DNA of 64,000 nt from Octopus sinensis (lineage: Eukaryota): positions 142,848,001 through 142,912,000 of the forward strand of contig NC_042998.1 in the NCBI RefSeq assembly GCF_006345805.1, in the 5' to 3' direction. This document shows, in pieces, positions 13,335 through 26,455 of the stretch. Position numbers and translations under genes: made by a program. Within the stretch, counting starts at the first letter, position 1, and every line of letters starts with the position of its first letter. A model generated the notes under the pieces. It was given only the letters and a program-made list of their open reading frames with translations. It made no database searches and had not been told where the DNA came from.

Positions 13335-13560
13335 AAACCCGTTACCCAGTTTCCGTCGCGTCTGAGTAACCGAGATCACAATATTCCCCCCTTGAACGGG
13401 ACGCCAGGATGTCACAGGGTTACTAATTTAAAGCTGAGTGGACTAGAGCAACAAGAAACGAAATGTTTTGTTGAAGAATACAATGCACCGTCTGGACCGG
13501 GAATAGAAACAATGATCTTAGGATTGTGAGTGCAAGACCCTAACTGCTAGGTTACGTGTT
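13335..13560 (-). mobile_element. CORE-type SINE, family C
   Basis: Minus-strand tRNA-like head (gttagggtcttgcactcacaatc..gtttctattcccgg), ttgctctagtccactcagct core, and ggcgtcccgttcaagggg 3' block. Confidence 0.7.
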
Positions 13561-14098
13561 TACACTGAAAATAAAGCGATAACACTTTTAATAATGATGT
13601 CCTATATATAAACTTAGAGGAAAAGTACAGATGACTGTACCTGTCTAGTGTGCCTTTGATCACAGTTCTCCTTTATTAGGATTCACCTATGACTAAATAA
13701 CAACAACAACAACAACAACAACACCATCATCGTTTACGACTGCATAATTAATAGATTGCTAACATTGCAACCAAAGGATAAGAATTTCTGTTCAGTGTCA
13801 GAAAATATTTCAGGCCTGATTAGTTGCTGACCCTCTGCTTCTAAGTACATGCATGTCGTACATTATAGTAAATTACTATTACGCTCAAATAATCCAGACA
13901 ACATACCGGTACAGACCATCCAGCAGATTGACAAAGGCTTACTTACCCTCACCTCTACAAACCTTTTGCCGTCTGACGAGCTGTTCTGTTATTTTTTCTT
14001 CTTTTGTTAATTATTTTATCGTTTGTATAAAGACTATATTTCGTATGTATTATGTAATATATAATACATATACGATATATATAATGTAAAACAATATA

Positions 14099-14333
14099 TA
14101 TTTCTTTACTGTCCACAAGGGGCTTAATGTAGAGGGGACAAACAAGGACAGACAAACGGATTAAGTCGATTACATCGACCCCAGTGCGAAACTGGTGCTT
14201 TATTTAATCGACCCCGAAAGGATGAAAGGCAAAGTCGACCTCGGCGGAATTTGAACTCAGAACGTAACAACAGACGAAATACGGCTACGCATTTCGCCCG
14301 GCGTGCTAACGTTTCTGCCAGCTCGCCGCCCTT
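14099..14333 (-). mobile_element. Full-length family B SINE with 19-bp TSD
   Basis: Near-consensus copy; TATAATGTAAAACAATATA at 14080-14098 and 14334-14352. Confidence 0.92.
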
Positions 14334-14508
14334 TATAATGTAAAACAATATAGTATTGTGTGTGCGTGCGTGTATGTGTATATGCGTATATACACACACA
14401 TACATGAAAATTTTTGGTCGATATCTGATGAAGGATGAATATGTCGGCATCTTATGTGTGTTTTTCTGTTCCCTTGTCATCCTCCTGAGCAATTTTTTAA
14501 AATATTAT

Positions 14509-14770
14509 TATACATACATACATACATACATACATACATACATACATACATACATACACACATACATACATACATACATACATACATACATACACTACAT
14601 ACATACATACATACATACATACATACATACACACATACATACATACATACATACATACATACATACATACATACATACACACACACATACATACATACAT
14701 ACATACATACATACATACATACATACATACATACATACATACATACATACATGCATGCATAGATACATAC
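14509..14770. repeat. (CATA)n array
   Basis: Direct inspection. Confidence 0.95.
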
Positions 14771-15530
14771 AAACATAAGAAGCCACATGATGGTGGAAGT
14801 CATAACCACTCATAATAAAAAGAAGTATTGGTGGAATGTCCACCAGTGAAAACCTCAATAAAATGTAAACACAATAGACCTGATATAATGATTTGGGACA
14901 GAGAAGAGAAACTATGTAAAGTTGTTGAAATCAGCTGCCCTCTGGATGTTAACATAAAGCTGAAAATGAGTAAAAAAGTGAATACCTACGCTGAGCTACT
15001 GGGATATTTGCGGTTACTCTAATCAAATTACAAGTTCAGGTTTATACCTGTAATTATTGGGACACTGGGATATGTGACATACTGCCTAAATACCAATCTT
15101 GAGAAATTAGGCTTCTCAAAACCAGAAAGAGGAAAGCTAATTCGAAGACTACAGATCCAAGCCATCACTGGAACTGTGAAAATCTGTAAAATTTCCAGAA
15201 GTTAATTATTTAAATATATATGAGCATGTCTAGATATGTAACTATATGCATGATAACATATACAGAAAGCATACAAATTTGGACATACATGCATACCTAC
15301 CTACCTACCTACCTACCTACCTACTTACCTACCTACTTACCTACCTACATACCTACCTACCTACCTACCTACATACCTACCTACCTACCTACATACCTAC
15401 ATACATACATACATACATACATACATACATACATACATACCCCGTTGTTGATGTTGAAATTCCAATGAAGGAGCCTTGGATCTAGGTTAGAAACCGGGTC
15501 TTTCTCTATTGGCAAATAAAACTGAATAAT
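14771..15530 (+). pseudogene. R4-clade endonuclease domain plus 3' UTR, 5'-truncated
   Basis: KHNRPDIMIWDREEKLCKVVEISCP..YAEL..IPVIIGTLG..GTVKICK, an RLE PD-(D/E) domain with an in-frame stop at 15020. (TACC/TACA)n at 15283-15440. Confidence 0.85.
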
Positions 15531-16163
15531 GATATTATATATATATATATAATAAAATGAAAATACCAAAAGAAGTCTAACTCCTCCTCCTATATATATA
15601 TATATAATAAAATGAAAAAATATACATTAAGTACAGGACAATACCAAAAGAAGTCTAACTCCTCCTCAGTTGTTGACTGCTTATTACTACCTGTTTCGTG
15701 CTTTTAATGACAAGACAGGAAAACTTCATAAGACAGCAGCATCCAGAATTTTTTAAAATAAAAAATGTGTGGAGAGTTAAGGCTTCAAACGAATAAACGA
15801 CACCAGAGTGGACGTAGGAAAACGATCGACGAAGACAACACATATATACATACACACCTCATATGTACAGTCATACATATCTATCTAGCTATCTATCTGT
15901 CTCTTCCTTCTCTTTCCCCTCTTCTTTCAGAAAGTGACAGGCAGTAAATTTTCTGTGACTCATAAAGAAAGCTGAAAACGAAATAGCTACTTATACATGT
16001 CACTGGAAATCCTCATAATAAAACATCGAACTTATTCAGCATTTAATTTTTTTGTGGTTGATCTGTTCGTTTACTTGCTTTCATATTTCGCTACTTCGAA
16101 CGAGAAAAATCAGTGGCTTTTACAGGTTGGATGACCGAATGTATGTTTCTCGCCTCCTGTTTG

Positions 16164-16257
<94 letters not shown>

Positions 16258-16400
16258 CCCCCCGGTGTTCTCTACATTTGTGTGTGTGTGTGTGTGTGTG
16301 TAGAAATGCTTAATCATGTCGAGTTATATATATAAAAACAATTTAGCATTAATAGATTTTCGTAGAGTACATGTTGATTAACTTTTACAAGGAAAAAAAT

Positions 16401-16440
16401 GACAGAGACGTCGAAGATTCGGCTTGTTCGCCTTCACCAC
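16401..16440 (-). ncRNA. Degenerate hammerhead-like relic, same family as 63854-63895
   Basis: Minus strand: GTGGTGA A GGC gaacaa GCC GAAT CTTCGACG TC tctgtc; the core is mutated. Confidence 0.4.
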
Positions 16441-16580
16441 CCTCTTCACCACCCTCATGTACACATACAAAATACTGTGATGTATAAGTATATTAAGTTC
16501 TAACACTTTCTTTATTTGTACAACTACGGCTAAACGAAAACATGAAATATGTTTAATTTGTGTGTATGTGTTTGTATGTG

Positions 16581-16639
<59 letters not shown>

Positions 16640-16703
16640 TGTGTGTGCTTTTATACTTCTTAGTATATTCATTTGTTTATCAGATAATGTTTGCATGAGG
16701 TAA

Positions 16704-17328
16704 GACGGCGAGCTGGCAGAAACGTTAGCACGCCGGGCGAAATGCGTAGCCGTATTTCGTCTGCCGTTACGTTCTGAGTTCAAATTCCGCCGTGGTCGAC
16801 TTGCTTTCATCCTTTCGGGGTCGATAAATTAAGTACCAGTTACGCACTGGGGTCGATGTAATCGACTTAATACCTATGTCTGTCCTTGTTTGTCCCCTCT
16901 GTGTTTAGCCCCTTGTGGGTAATAAAGAATTAGGTATTTGGTCTGCCGTTACGTTCTGAGTTCAAATTCTGCCGAGGTCGATTCGCACTGGGGTCTATGT
17001 AATCAACTTAATCCGTTTGTCTGTCCTTGTTTGTCCTCTCTGTGTTTAGCCCCTTGTGGGTAGTAAAGAAATAGGTATTTGGTCTGCCGTTACGTTCTGA
17101 GTTCAAATTCCGCCGAGGTCGACATTGCCTTTCATCCTTTCGAGGTCGATGAATTAAGTACCAATTACGCACTGGGGCGATGTAATCGACTTAATCCCTT
17201 TGACTGTCCTTATTTATCCCCTGTATGTTTAGCCCCTTGTGGGCAATAAAGAAATAAGAAACGCTAGCACGCCGGGCGAAATGCTCTGCGGTATTTCGAC
17301 TGTTTTTACGTTCCGAATTCAAATTCCT
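16704..17328 (+). mobile_element. Head-to-tail multimer (4 units) of family B SINE
   Basis: Units start at ~16704, 16933, 17074 and 17258. Unit 2 lacks the central domain and unit 4 is a head only. Confidence 0.9.
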
Positions 17329-17725
17329 GCTGTCGGATAACCTACTCTGGAACAACCATGTGAGAAACAGCTCTCTTCTATCTCTTCTATATGGAGACCG
17401 ACAACCTATAGTGTTTGACCTTGGGACTTGTTTATGGTCAATGCGTAACTGACACTCACAGGGAATTGCAAACGTTTGAAAGGAAAAGGGACAACTGTTG
17501 GTATTAGTGGTATTCTAGGTATAAATACAATGTCTCCTTTACCACAAACAGTCAAATTAATTTAAATATTATCAATTTTATTTAGTGCTTTTAGCGGTCA
17601 ATATACAAACTTACAAACAAACTTTGCTTTTTACATTTAGGTTTTTCAGCGGTCAAATTTGCTTTTTATCAGGATAGAGAAGAGATAGTACGTGGATTGC
17701 TAGAAATAGGAGCCAATACACCATG

Positions 17726-17793
<68 letters not shown>

Positions 17794-17814
17794 TATACAC
17801 ATATATATATACAT

Positions 17815-18340
17815 ATATACGACGGGCTTCTTTCAGTTTCCGTCTACCAAATCCACTCACAAGGCTTTGGTCAGCCCGAAGCTATAGTAGAAGACACTTG
17901 CCCGAGGTGCCACGCAGTGGGACTGAACCCGGAACTATGTGGTTCGTAAGCAAGCTACTTACCACACAGCCACTCCTACGGCTATATATATATATATATC
18001 TTTTTATCTTTTATCTTCTATTTGCTTCAGTCATTAGACTGTGGTCATGCTTGGGCACCGCTTTGAAGAATGTTTAGTCGAATGAATCGATCCCAGTACT
18101 TATTTTTTAAAAGCCTGCTATTTATTCAATCGGTCCCTTTTTGCCAAACCTTTAGGTTATGGGGACGTAAACACAAACACAAACACACAAACATACATAC
18201 ACACATACACACTCAACTTCCAATCTACCAAATCCATTCGCCAGACTTTGGTCCGCCCGAGGCGATACAAAACACTTGCTCAAGGTATCACGCAGTGAGA
18301 CTGCACCCGGAAGCAATGGAGTTGGGTAGCAAGCACTCAC
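17815..18340 (-). mobile_element. Two adjacent family A SINEs
   Basis: Near-consensus head at 17815-17985 and a diverged head plus tail at 18010-18340. Confidence 0.85.
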
Positions 18341-18728
18341 ACCTACACACACACACACACACACACACGCACGCACACACACACACACAGAAGCATACTC
18401 TATATACGCATGCATGTAATTTTTTTTTATGTCTGTATTTGTAAATATATATGTGTGTATACATGTGAGTGTGTGTATGTGTCTTGGCGCGCGCGTATTG
18501 CAGATCAACAGATGTATAGTAGCAAACATGCACATACAAACACAAACACAAATATTTAGCGTGTGGGGCATTCAATGATCTGCTCTAAGCTAAGCACAGC
18601 ATCAAGATTATTCTTAAAATAGAGCCCCAGTTCGTGGCTACAAAAATATCTCTCAATACCATATATAGTTCCAGAAGTAGGGCATAATGCTATAGTTTTA
18701 AACGCACGAATACACTCACGCACACACA

Positions 18729-18765
<37 letters not shown>

Positions 18766-18998
18766 TCACTCACTCACACACATACACACACACGCACAAA
18801 GCACGTACACGCATACACATACACGCACACCTGTACACCCACATACACACGCACGTCCACGCACACATGTACCGCCTTTCCATATATTTTATATTGGAGA
18901 GCATAAGGACTAAAATGTAATGGATATAGAAAATAATATACGTGTCCAGATAAGTACCACACATACACACACAAACACACACACACACATACACACAC

Positions 18999-19055
<57 letters not shown>

Positions 19056-19951
19056 ATACTTATAGTTAATATATCTTTTCCGGACACAAATTCACGTTTC
19101 TAGTGTGCGTATCGTTAAAATTATTCCTGTGATGCCTTCATCAGCGGATGATAAAATGAAGAAACGTTTATAGAAATTTACTACTTATAAAAATCAGCGG
19201 AAATACGTGTGTATGTGTGTATATGTGCACGCATGTGTATTATGCGTGCATGTGTACATATGTATATATCCATGTATGTATGTGAGTATGTATATAAAAA
19301 GAGCTGCCGGAAAGCTCCTGGTTCTAAATGTGTCGCGAAAAACCTAGTTGGAGGCCCGACCTTCCGAGTTCTTTTACAGAGCTTGGAAAAAACTGAAGTG
19401 CCACTGCAATAAGTGTGTGAATCTGAGAGGGGAATATGTTGGATAAAATCATAATCGACTGATCCTCCTGCAGTTTCTTTTACCCAAAGCCAGGAACTTT
19501 TCAACACCCACTTCGTATATATACTTCACACAGCATCTGTGGAATATACAACTTTACAGTCTACCAGATTCATTCACAAGGCTTTGGTCGTCACGGCGCT
19601 ACAGTAGAAGACTTTTGCCCAAGATGCACAAAGTATGACTGAATTCGAGTGGTTGGAAAGCTAAATTTTTACCCCAAAACCATGCCTGCATATAAATGAA
19701 GTGCAAATTTTGAAATTGCACTTCATTTCTGCAGCTCCGATGAAGTTATAGAGGTATACACAAACACTCAACTATGAGTGCATTGCACCTTATAGCAGAA
19801 ACAGCTATAAGCTAATGAAGTTCATGACAATTTTTTCCCCTTGTCATATATTTAATTTCTTAATACTGCGCTGTGTTCAACTGGTGCTTTGTTCTGAAGT
19901 ATACTTATGTTGAGTTCTAACACGAAGTTATTAGAATTGCTATGCCAAAGA

Positions 19952-20019
<68 letters not shown>

Positions 20020-20222
20020 TTTTAATTTAACTTTAAAAAAAAAAATGAACGAACTATTGAGTTTAGTTTAATGGCCTACCAATGTATACTATGAGTTTCT
20101 TTGCCCTAGGAGTCGGGAAGACACTCGGCAAGAAATGGAAGCAAATTTGAAAGAAGAAGAAAAAAAATAATTATAATAATAATAATAATAATGATGATGA
20201 TGACGATGATGACGATGATGAC

Positions 20223-20282
<60 letters not shown>

Positions 20283-20288
20283 AATAAT

Positions 20289-20319
<31 letters not shown>

Positions 20320-21234
20320 GGTCAGGCTTGTGCAGGATGAAAGATTGCAAAGATAAAGCAGTATACAAGAAATTGAATACCGAATGAAACTGAAAATATG
20401 AGGGTAAAGAAAAGAATGCATGGTCAATTTCATAGAGATGTTGAAGATAAGACAGAGAAAAAAGATGGCTGTGGATGACAAAAAGTGATTTAAAACCGGA
20501 AACGGAGGCTCTAATCTGTGTCGCCCAAGAGCAAGCACTAAGGACAAACTACATAAAATACAGAATAGACAACACAGAGAAAGTGATAAGTGCAGAATCT
20601 GTGGACAAAACGGTGAAACCGTATGGCATATTACCAGCCAATGTATGCCACTAGCCTAGAAGGAATATAAGAGACGCCACGACAATATAGCCAGGCTTGT
20701 CCGTTGGACACTCTGCAACAAGTATGGACTTGACAGAGCAAAAAATTGGTACAACCACAAACCTGAAGGAATCGTCGAAAATAGATATGCAAAGATCCTA
20801 TGGGATTTTATGATTCAGTGCGACCATGAGATAGAGAATAGGAAGCCGAGCTAAGTCATAATTGAGAAAGAAAACAAACCATGCTGGATCATAGATATAG
20901 CATGCCTAGCTGACAACAAGGTATGCGATAAGGAAGAAAGAAAAGTCGAGAGATATGACAGGTTAGCTTGGGATGTTAAGCAGTTGTGGTCGATGAAAAC
21001 GTGGTAATAATACCAATAATTATCGGAGCCCTGGAAACAGTGAGCAAAAATCTCGAGAAGTACGTGAAACAAATAGGGGCTGCAATAAGGGCGGAGCACT
21101 TGCAGAAAACCGCACTGCTTGGAACCGCTCGAATACTCCGGAAGGTGCTCGAAAAATAAGGTGTTACCTTAGTTCACTGGCAGTGAACAGCTGACACTAT
21201 AGTACAGCTCCAGCGTTAGAAGCTGTGCAAAGGC
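20320..21234 (+). pseudogene. Dong/R4-type non-LTR retrotransposon 3' end inserted in (TAA)n
   Basis: MHGQFHRD..ETEALIC.AQEQALRTNY..CRICGQNGETVWHITSQC (CCHC)..RRHD..RKP..IIDIA..IPIIIGAL..LLGTARILRKVLEK*, stop at 21157-21159. About 75-nt 3' UTR; TAA arrays on both sides. Confidence 0.92.
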
Positions 21235-21311
<77 letters not shown>

Positions 21312-21313
<2 letters not shown>

Positions 21314-21865
21314 GCCCTGATGCAGTACCAGGCAGTGGCTCTCATGGCTTCTGATCTTAACTGATTGGAAGTGTTATCATGTACATTGTTTTGTCTTGGT
21401 ATAAAAGATGGGCTACAGCAATATTCTGCTCAATACCACAGATTTGCTTGTCAGTTGTTTGACCTTAACCAGTTGAGCATGTCCCTTAGTGGCTGACGAT
21501 ATGTGCATCTCTGATCACGAGCAGAAGTAGTGGGAGAGCATCATAGCCATGTGTTGAGAAGGATTCTTTGGGGTTTGAATAATTCACCTCTGGAAACATG
21601 GGTGTTTCGTTCAACATCCTTAAACAACCCTTATTCAGGGACCTTTGAGCGGGATGGGTTACTCGATCTGAAGAAAATTCTAACTGGGCTCCACCTGCAA
21701 GGTCATGTGCTGTTTATCTTGATATGAGATCACCATGTCGCGCACATATGGTTGTGATGCATGTGCCTGGTGTACCCTTATCAGACGGGTAGTCATGATG
21801 GGTATACTGGGCTTCGTATATTTTACCCCAGTGTCACTTCGATGGCATGCTCTGCTCGCTCACTC
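21312..21865 (+). mobile_element. 554-bp non-coding element bounded by (TAA)n arrays
   Basis: Sharp boundaries against pure TAA repeats; its 3' part recurs, diverged, at 41298-41375 followed by TAA/TGA repeats. Confidence 0.7.
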
Positions 21866-22001
<136 letters not shown>

Positions 22002-22352
22002 TGAAGAAGAAGAATATGTATGTGTACATATATATGTATGTATATTATAGTCAACAGATGAGATCCAAAGATTCTCAGTATAGAAGACACTTAGTAGCAC
22101 CCAAATGATTCAAACTTAGACTTTGATGTCTTTACAGGGGACTGATTCTTCATTTCCTTTAATCTTTGTCGTTTGTACGCTGAATAAGTTGGATCTGTTA
22201 ATATATATTATATTCATCATCTGAAAGTCTCCACTCTTTGCTTTCTCTCATTTTGCATGTATTCATATATACATATTTTGGATTTCATACCCAAGGTATT
22301 ATATTTAATATATATAATTTGTTTATCTGCATAATTGCTATGTATGCATATT

Positions 22353-22390
<38 letters not shown>

Positions 22391-22431
22391 TGTGTGTGTG
22401 TGGTGTGTGTGTGGTGTGTGTTTGTGTGTGT

Positions 22432-22595
22432 AAGATGCAGGTGTGGCTGTGTGGTAAGAAGCTTGCTTACCAACCACATGGTTCCGGGTTCAGTCCCACT
22501 AAGTGGCACCTTGAGCATAAGTTTTCTCCTAGAGCCTCGGGCCGACCAAAGCCTTGTGAGAGGATTTGGTACACGGGAATTGAAAGAAGCTTGTC

Positions 22596-22691
<96 letters not shown>

Positions 22692-22920
22692 CATATGTGT
22701 GTGTGTGTGTTTGTGTGTCTGTGTTTGTTCTCCCACCGTCACTTGACAACCGATGTTGGTGTGCTTAAGTCCCCGTAACTTAGCTGTTCGCCAAAAAAGT
22801 CCGATAGAATAAGTACAAGGCTTACAAAGAATAAGTCCTGGGGTCAATTTGTTCGACTAAGGGCAGTGCTCCAGCATGGTCGCAGTCAAATGACTGAAAC
22901 CAATAAAAGAATAAAATAAA
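22432..22920 (+). mobile_element. Complete family A SINE (head, TA/TG microsatellite, RTE-type tail)
   Basis: gcaggtgtggctgtgtggtaag..gcagtgctccagcatggtcgcagtcaaatgactgaaac..aaagaataaaataaa. Confidence 0.9.
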
Positions 22921-23869
22921 TATAAGTAAGATTCAGTTGAATTAGGTACTTAAATTGAGGCACCTTGTTCAGTCGGAGTAACACACACACACAACACAAC
23001 AATATTGTATGAATATCAAACTTGGCACATAAGTACCAGCCGAATGATATTCTTGCAGTGTATGTAGACAATTAGATCCAGCTGAGTGAAGAAATCCGCT
23101 CTTGAGTTATTCAGACGTACATAATATTAAATATACCGTCCATGATATTTACGAAGAGCAGATTCCGAGACAGGTGAATAAAATATAAATGAGTAACAGT
23201 AGAGATACAGGTGCCAATCAATTTAAGCTGTCTCTAACGACTCCTTTATTTGATTAATGAAAACATTACATCATTGTAAAGAAACCGTTTTCGTCAGATG
23301 AATTCATAAACTTCAAAATAAAGAACACTCGAAATGATTTAGCATAGTTCAAAATCCACGGTTCAAAAATATTTACAGTGATTCTGCTACTATTTAAGTT
23401 GACAGAATGGATTTACTAGAATAGCGTGTATTTGATCAAAACACACACACGCATACAAAGTAAGTGAACTGTGATATATCATCCAGGCGTGTGCCTTGTG
23501 CAGCGCTACTACTAACAGTGGACATCTAAAAATTGAAAAGGTGAAAGCTTCGTTAAGACGCTACTACCCCAATAATCTGAAAATCCTCAGAACAAAGAGT
23601 ATATATAATAAAACGCATCGCTGAATGGAAACAGTAAATTCCTTTTACTATATTGTTTACAATTGTTTCATCTATTTCCGTCAAAACCAACCTTGCGTCA
23701 TGATGTTAGCATGTCTGTAGATTCTGATGAGTTAAATCTGACATGAGTTGTACATGGTAATAAATCAATATCTGTTGGCTTGTTAATAACATGGCGTATG
23801 ATAAAACAATTGTAAACAATGTAGTAAAAGGAATTTACTAACTCCATTTTTCGATATGTTTTTATTATA

Positions 23870-25090
23870 TATACTAGCAAATCTATGCATCTACGATGGG
23901 GGCATAAAACGAAAGCCAGAGTTTCCATCGACCACTACATAAAAAGCATTAAGTAACAGAATGTTATTCAGATATACTTTCATTTTAGTTGTTAACACTA
24001 TTTTACGCTTGTTTATACTCTTATACATTCAAAGTTCACAAATTTCCTTATTTAAATTATGAATCATATTCCTTTCGATAATATCAATATAACAAAACTT
24101 CTTTGTGGACGATATTTTCTGTTTGGTCGACACTAATTTTCAAATTACTGAAGTCCGTTATTCTACTCAGAGACGTATAACTGGCCGTGTGTAAAAACCT
24201 GAGTGGGTAAAAATACACTTACACGATCTAAAGTCTGGCCCTGTGCCTTGTTTGATGTGGATGCGCGAGCGGAATCTTTAAGGTTGCAAAAAAATCAAAC
24301 TAAGACTTACTTCTCACTGTTCTATGCGAATAATGTCTGGATGTTCTGGTACCATGAATTATTTTGATTGACAAAACTGAGATGTAAAAACGGCTTCGAT
24401 TAGCCGTTTCGAATCCTACTCGAGACTGACGCACTTCAATAACCACTAAATAATCATACACACTATATACTGACACACACTTTTTTCTGTTTTATTTTCG
24501 CTATTAAGCGTCCTCGCAACCCCCTTCGTATCTATGATGGGGCCATAAACTAAAAATCTAGAGTTTCTTGTGGTCTGTGAATTTTTAATAAAAATGCGAA
24601 TGTGGTTTATCAATTCAAAAATCGATATCCACGAAATGATCATACTTTCTGAAGACCGTCTTTGTAATCCCGAAAAATATCGTAACCATTGGTCCAACCG
24701 TCTGACCGCGAAGAGGGAACAAAGAGACGGACAGACAGACGAGCATAACACCCATTATAGTAAGAAGTAAATCTGCTCATCTACGATGAGAAATAAAGGG
24801 ATGATATCGCAAATCTAAACCCTCTAAAATCGCGAACTTCACGGGGATGGGGATCCAGAGTAAATCCTCTTCGCCGGAATTTTAACGAAAATAAATCAAA
24901 AGTGATTTATTAATACAAAACTAAATATCCACTAAATAATCATAATTTTCGCATTTTTTTCGCTATTAATAAAAAAGACCTTCCTGATTACCTCCGTAAT
25001 CCCGAAAAACACCGTGACCATTGGACGAGCCGTTTGACCGTGAAGTGAGAACAGACTGACAGACGGACATAACACCAATTATAGTAAGAT
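23870..25090 (+). mobile_element. Tandem series of Helitron/Helentron-like non-autonomous units
   Basis: Repeated starts aaatct..catctacgatg (23879, 24769) and repeated ends cgtaatcccgaaaaa..ccattgg..gacagac..ttatagtaaga (~24665-24765, ~24995-25089). The GACA microsatellite near the 3' end resembles DINE-1/Lep1-type elements. Confidence 0.5.
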
Positions 25091-25699
25091 ACACACACAC
25101 ACCGTCTTTGTTCACTCAGTTACTCATACTCTCTATCTTTGTTTCTACACCATCACACACACACACACACACACATACACACATACACACACACACACAT
25201 ACACACACACACATACTCTCTCTCTCTCTCTCTTTCCCCTCTGTTCTCCTCTAGCCTTCACTATCTGTACCTCACAGTTCTTTACCTATCACGCATATAT
25301 ATCTTTTTTATCCTTCTCTATTTCCTTTTCCCTCTGCTTCAGATCATTACAACGCTTACCTCTTCATCTTTTACTTCTACTTTTCTCTCCCCCCCCTCCC
25401 CTCTCTCTCCACATTTCACCTCTTACTGTATACACACGAGTCACGCTCTTCATTGACCAGCATTTTCCCACACCCATGTACATTTATTTCCTGTTGAACC
25501 GCACTCTCACCACGTCACGGCCGCTATCAAGGGCTGCCTGTGTTGTCGATCTCGACGTTATCGCCATCACGACACTCGTCATAGTCGCCGCCATCAACAT
25601 CATTATCATCATAATCACCGGAATTTCCATCATTATCATCCTCGTCCACGGCTTCATCATCTCCACCACTATCACTATCACATTACCACCACCACCTAA

Positions 25700-25731
<32 letters not shown>

Positions 25732-26159
25732 CGATCATTATTTTGTTGTCGGTACAATATCACCGTCATCAAAACTATTTCAATGTGTCACGGAAGAGAA
25801 TGAATAACAGTGAGAGAAGCGAGTTGTGTTAGATGGGGGAGGTAAAGGTGGGGTAAAAGGAAGTTGAGAGAAAAAATAACGAGACACAAGTGAAACCCAA
25901 CTTCAACAGCCTCCTCCACCTCTTCCCTTCATTCCATTCTATATTTCAATATGACATGACCGGACGTGATTTGGTGATGATTAACGATAATAATCAGGTA
26001 GCAGTTATTGTGTGAACACACACACACATACATACATACATACATACATACATACATACATACATACATACATACATAAATACGTACGTACATACATACA
26101 TACATACATACATACATACATGCATACATACGTACATGTAAATATGTATGTATGCATAT

Positions 26160-26234
<75 letters not shown>

Positions 26235-26412
26235 AAGGTTTGGAGATGATGTACTGGTATTTTATATTAGAAGAAATGAGTTACTCAGAAATTCGGATGG
26301 TTTTATATTTACAGATATTTATTTGTGTATTACATGTTTTTATACATCATATAACTTATATCATATATCATATATTAGCGCTTTCGTCCATTCTGGTGGA
26401 TTTTTCAAATTG

Positions 26413-26449
<37 letters not shown>

Positions 26450-26455
<6 letters not shown>

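Noticed and set aside
14420-14460. CTGATGA followed by an AGGATG/CATCTT stem; similar half-motif at 19100-19150 (minus)
   Set aside because: The GAAA or the UH/stem I half is missing; cannot be called a ribozyme.
15455-15510. Hammerhead-like spacing in the R4 3' UTR (CCAATGA..GAAACCGGGTC)
   Set aside because: Two core substitutions and poor stem register; probably chance.
15530-15670. Local duplication of ataccaaaagaagtctaactcctcctc
   Set aside because: Slippage next to a TA array at the end of a repeat; no functional signal, possibly assembly-related.
16704-17328. Regularly repeated units suggestive of a CRISPR array
   Set aside because: Eukaryotic SINE multimer; no unique spacers and no cas genes.
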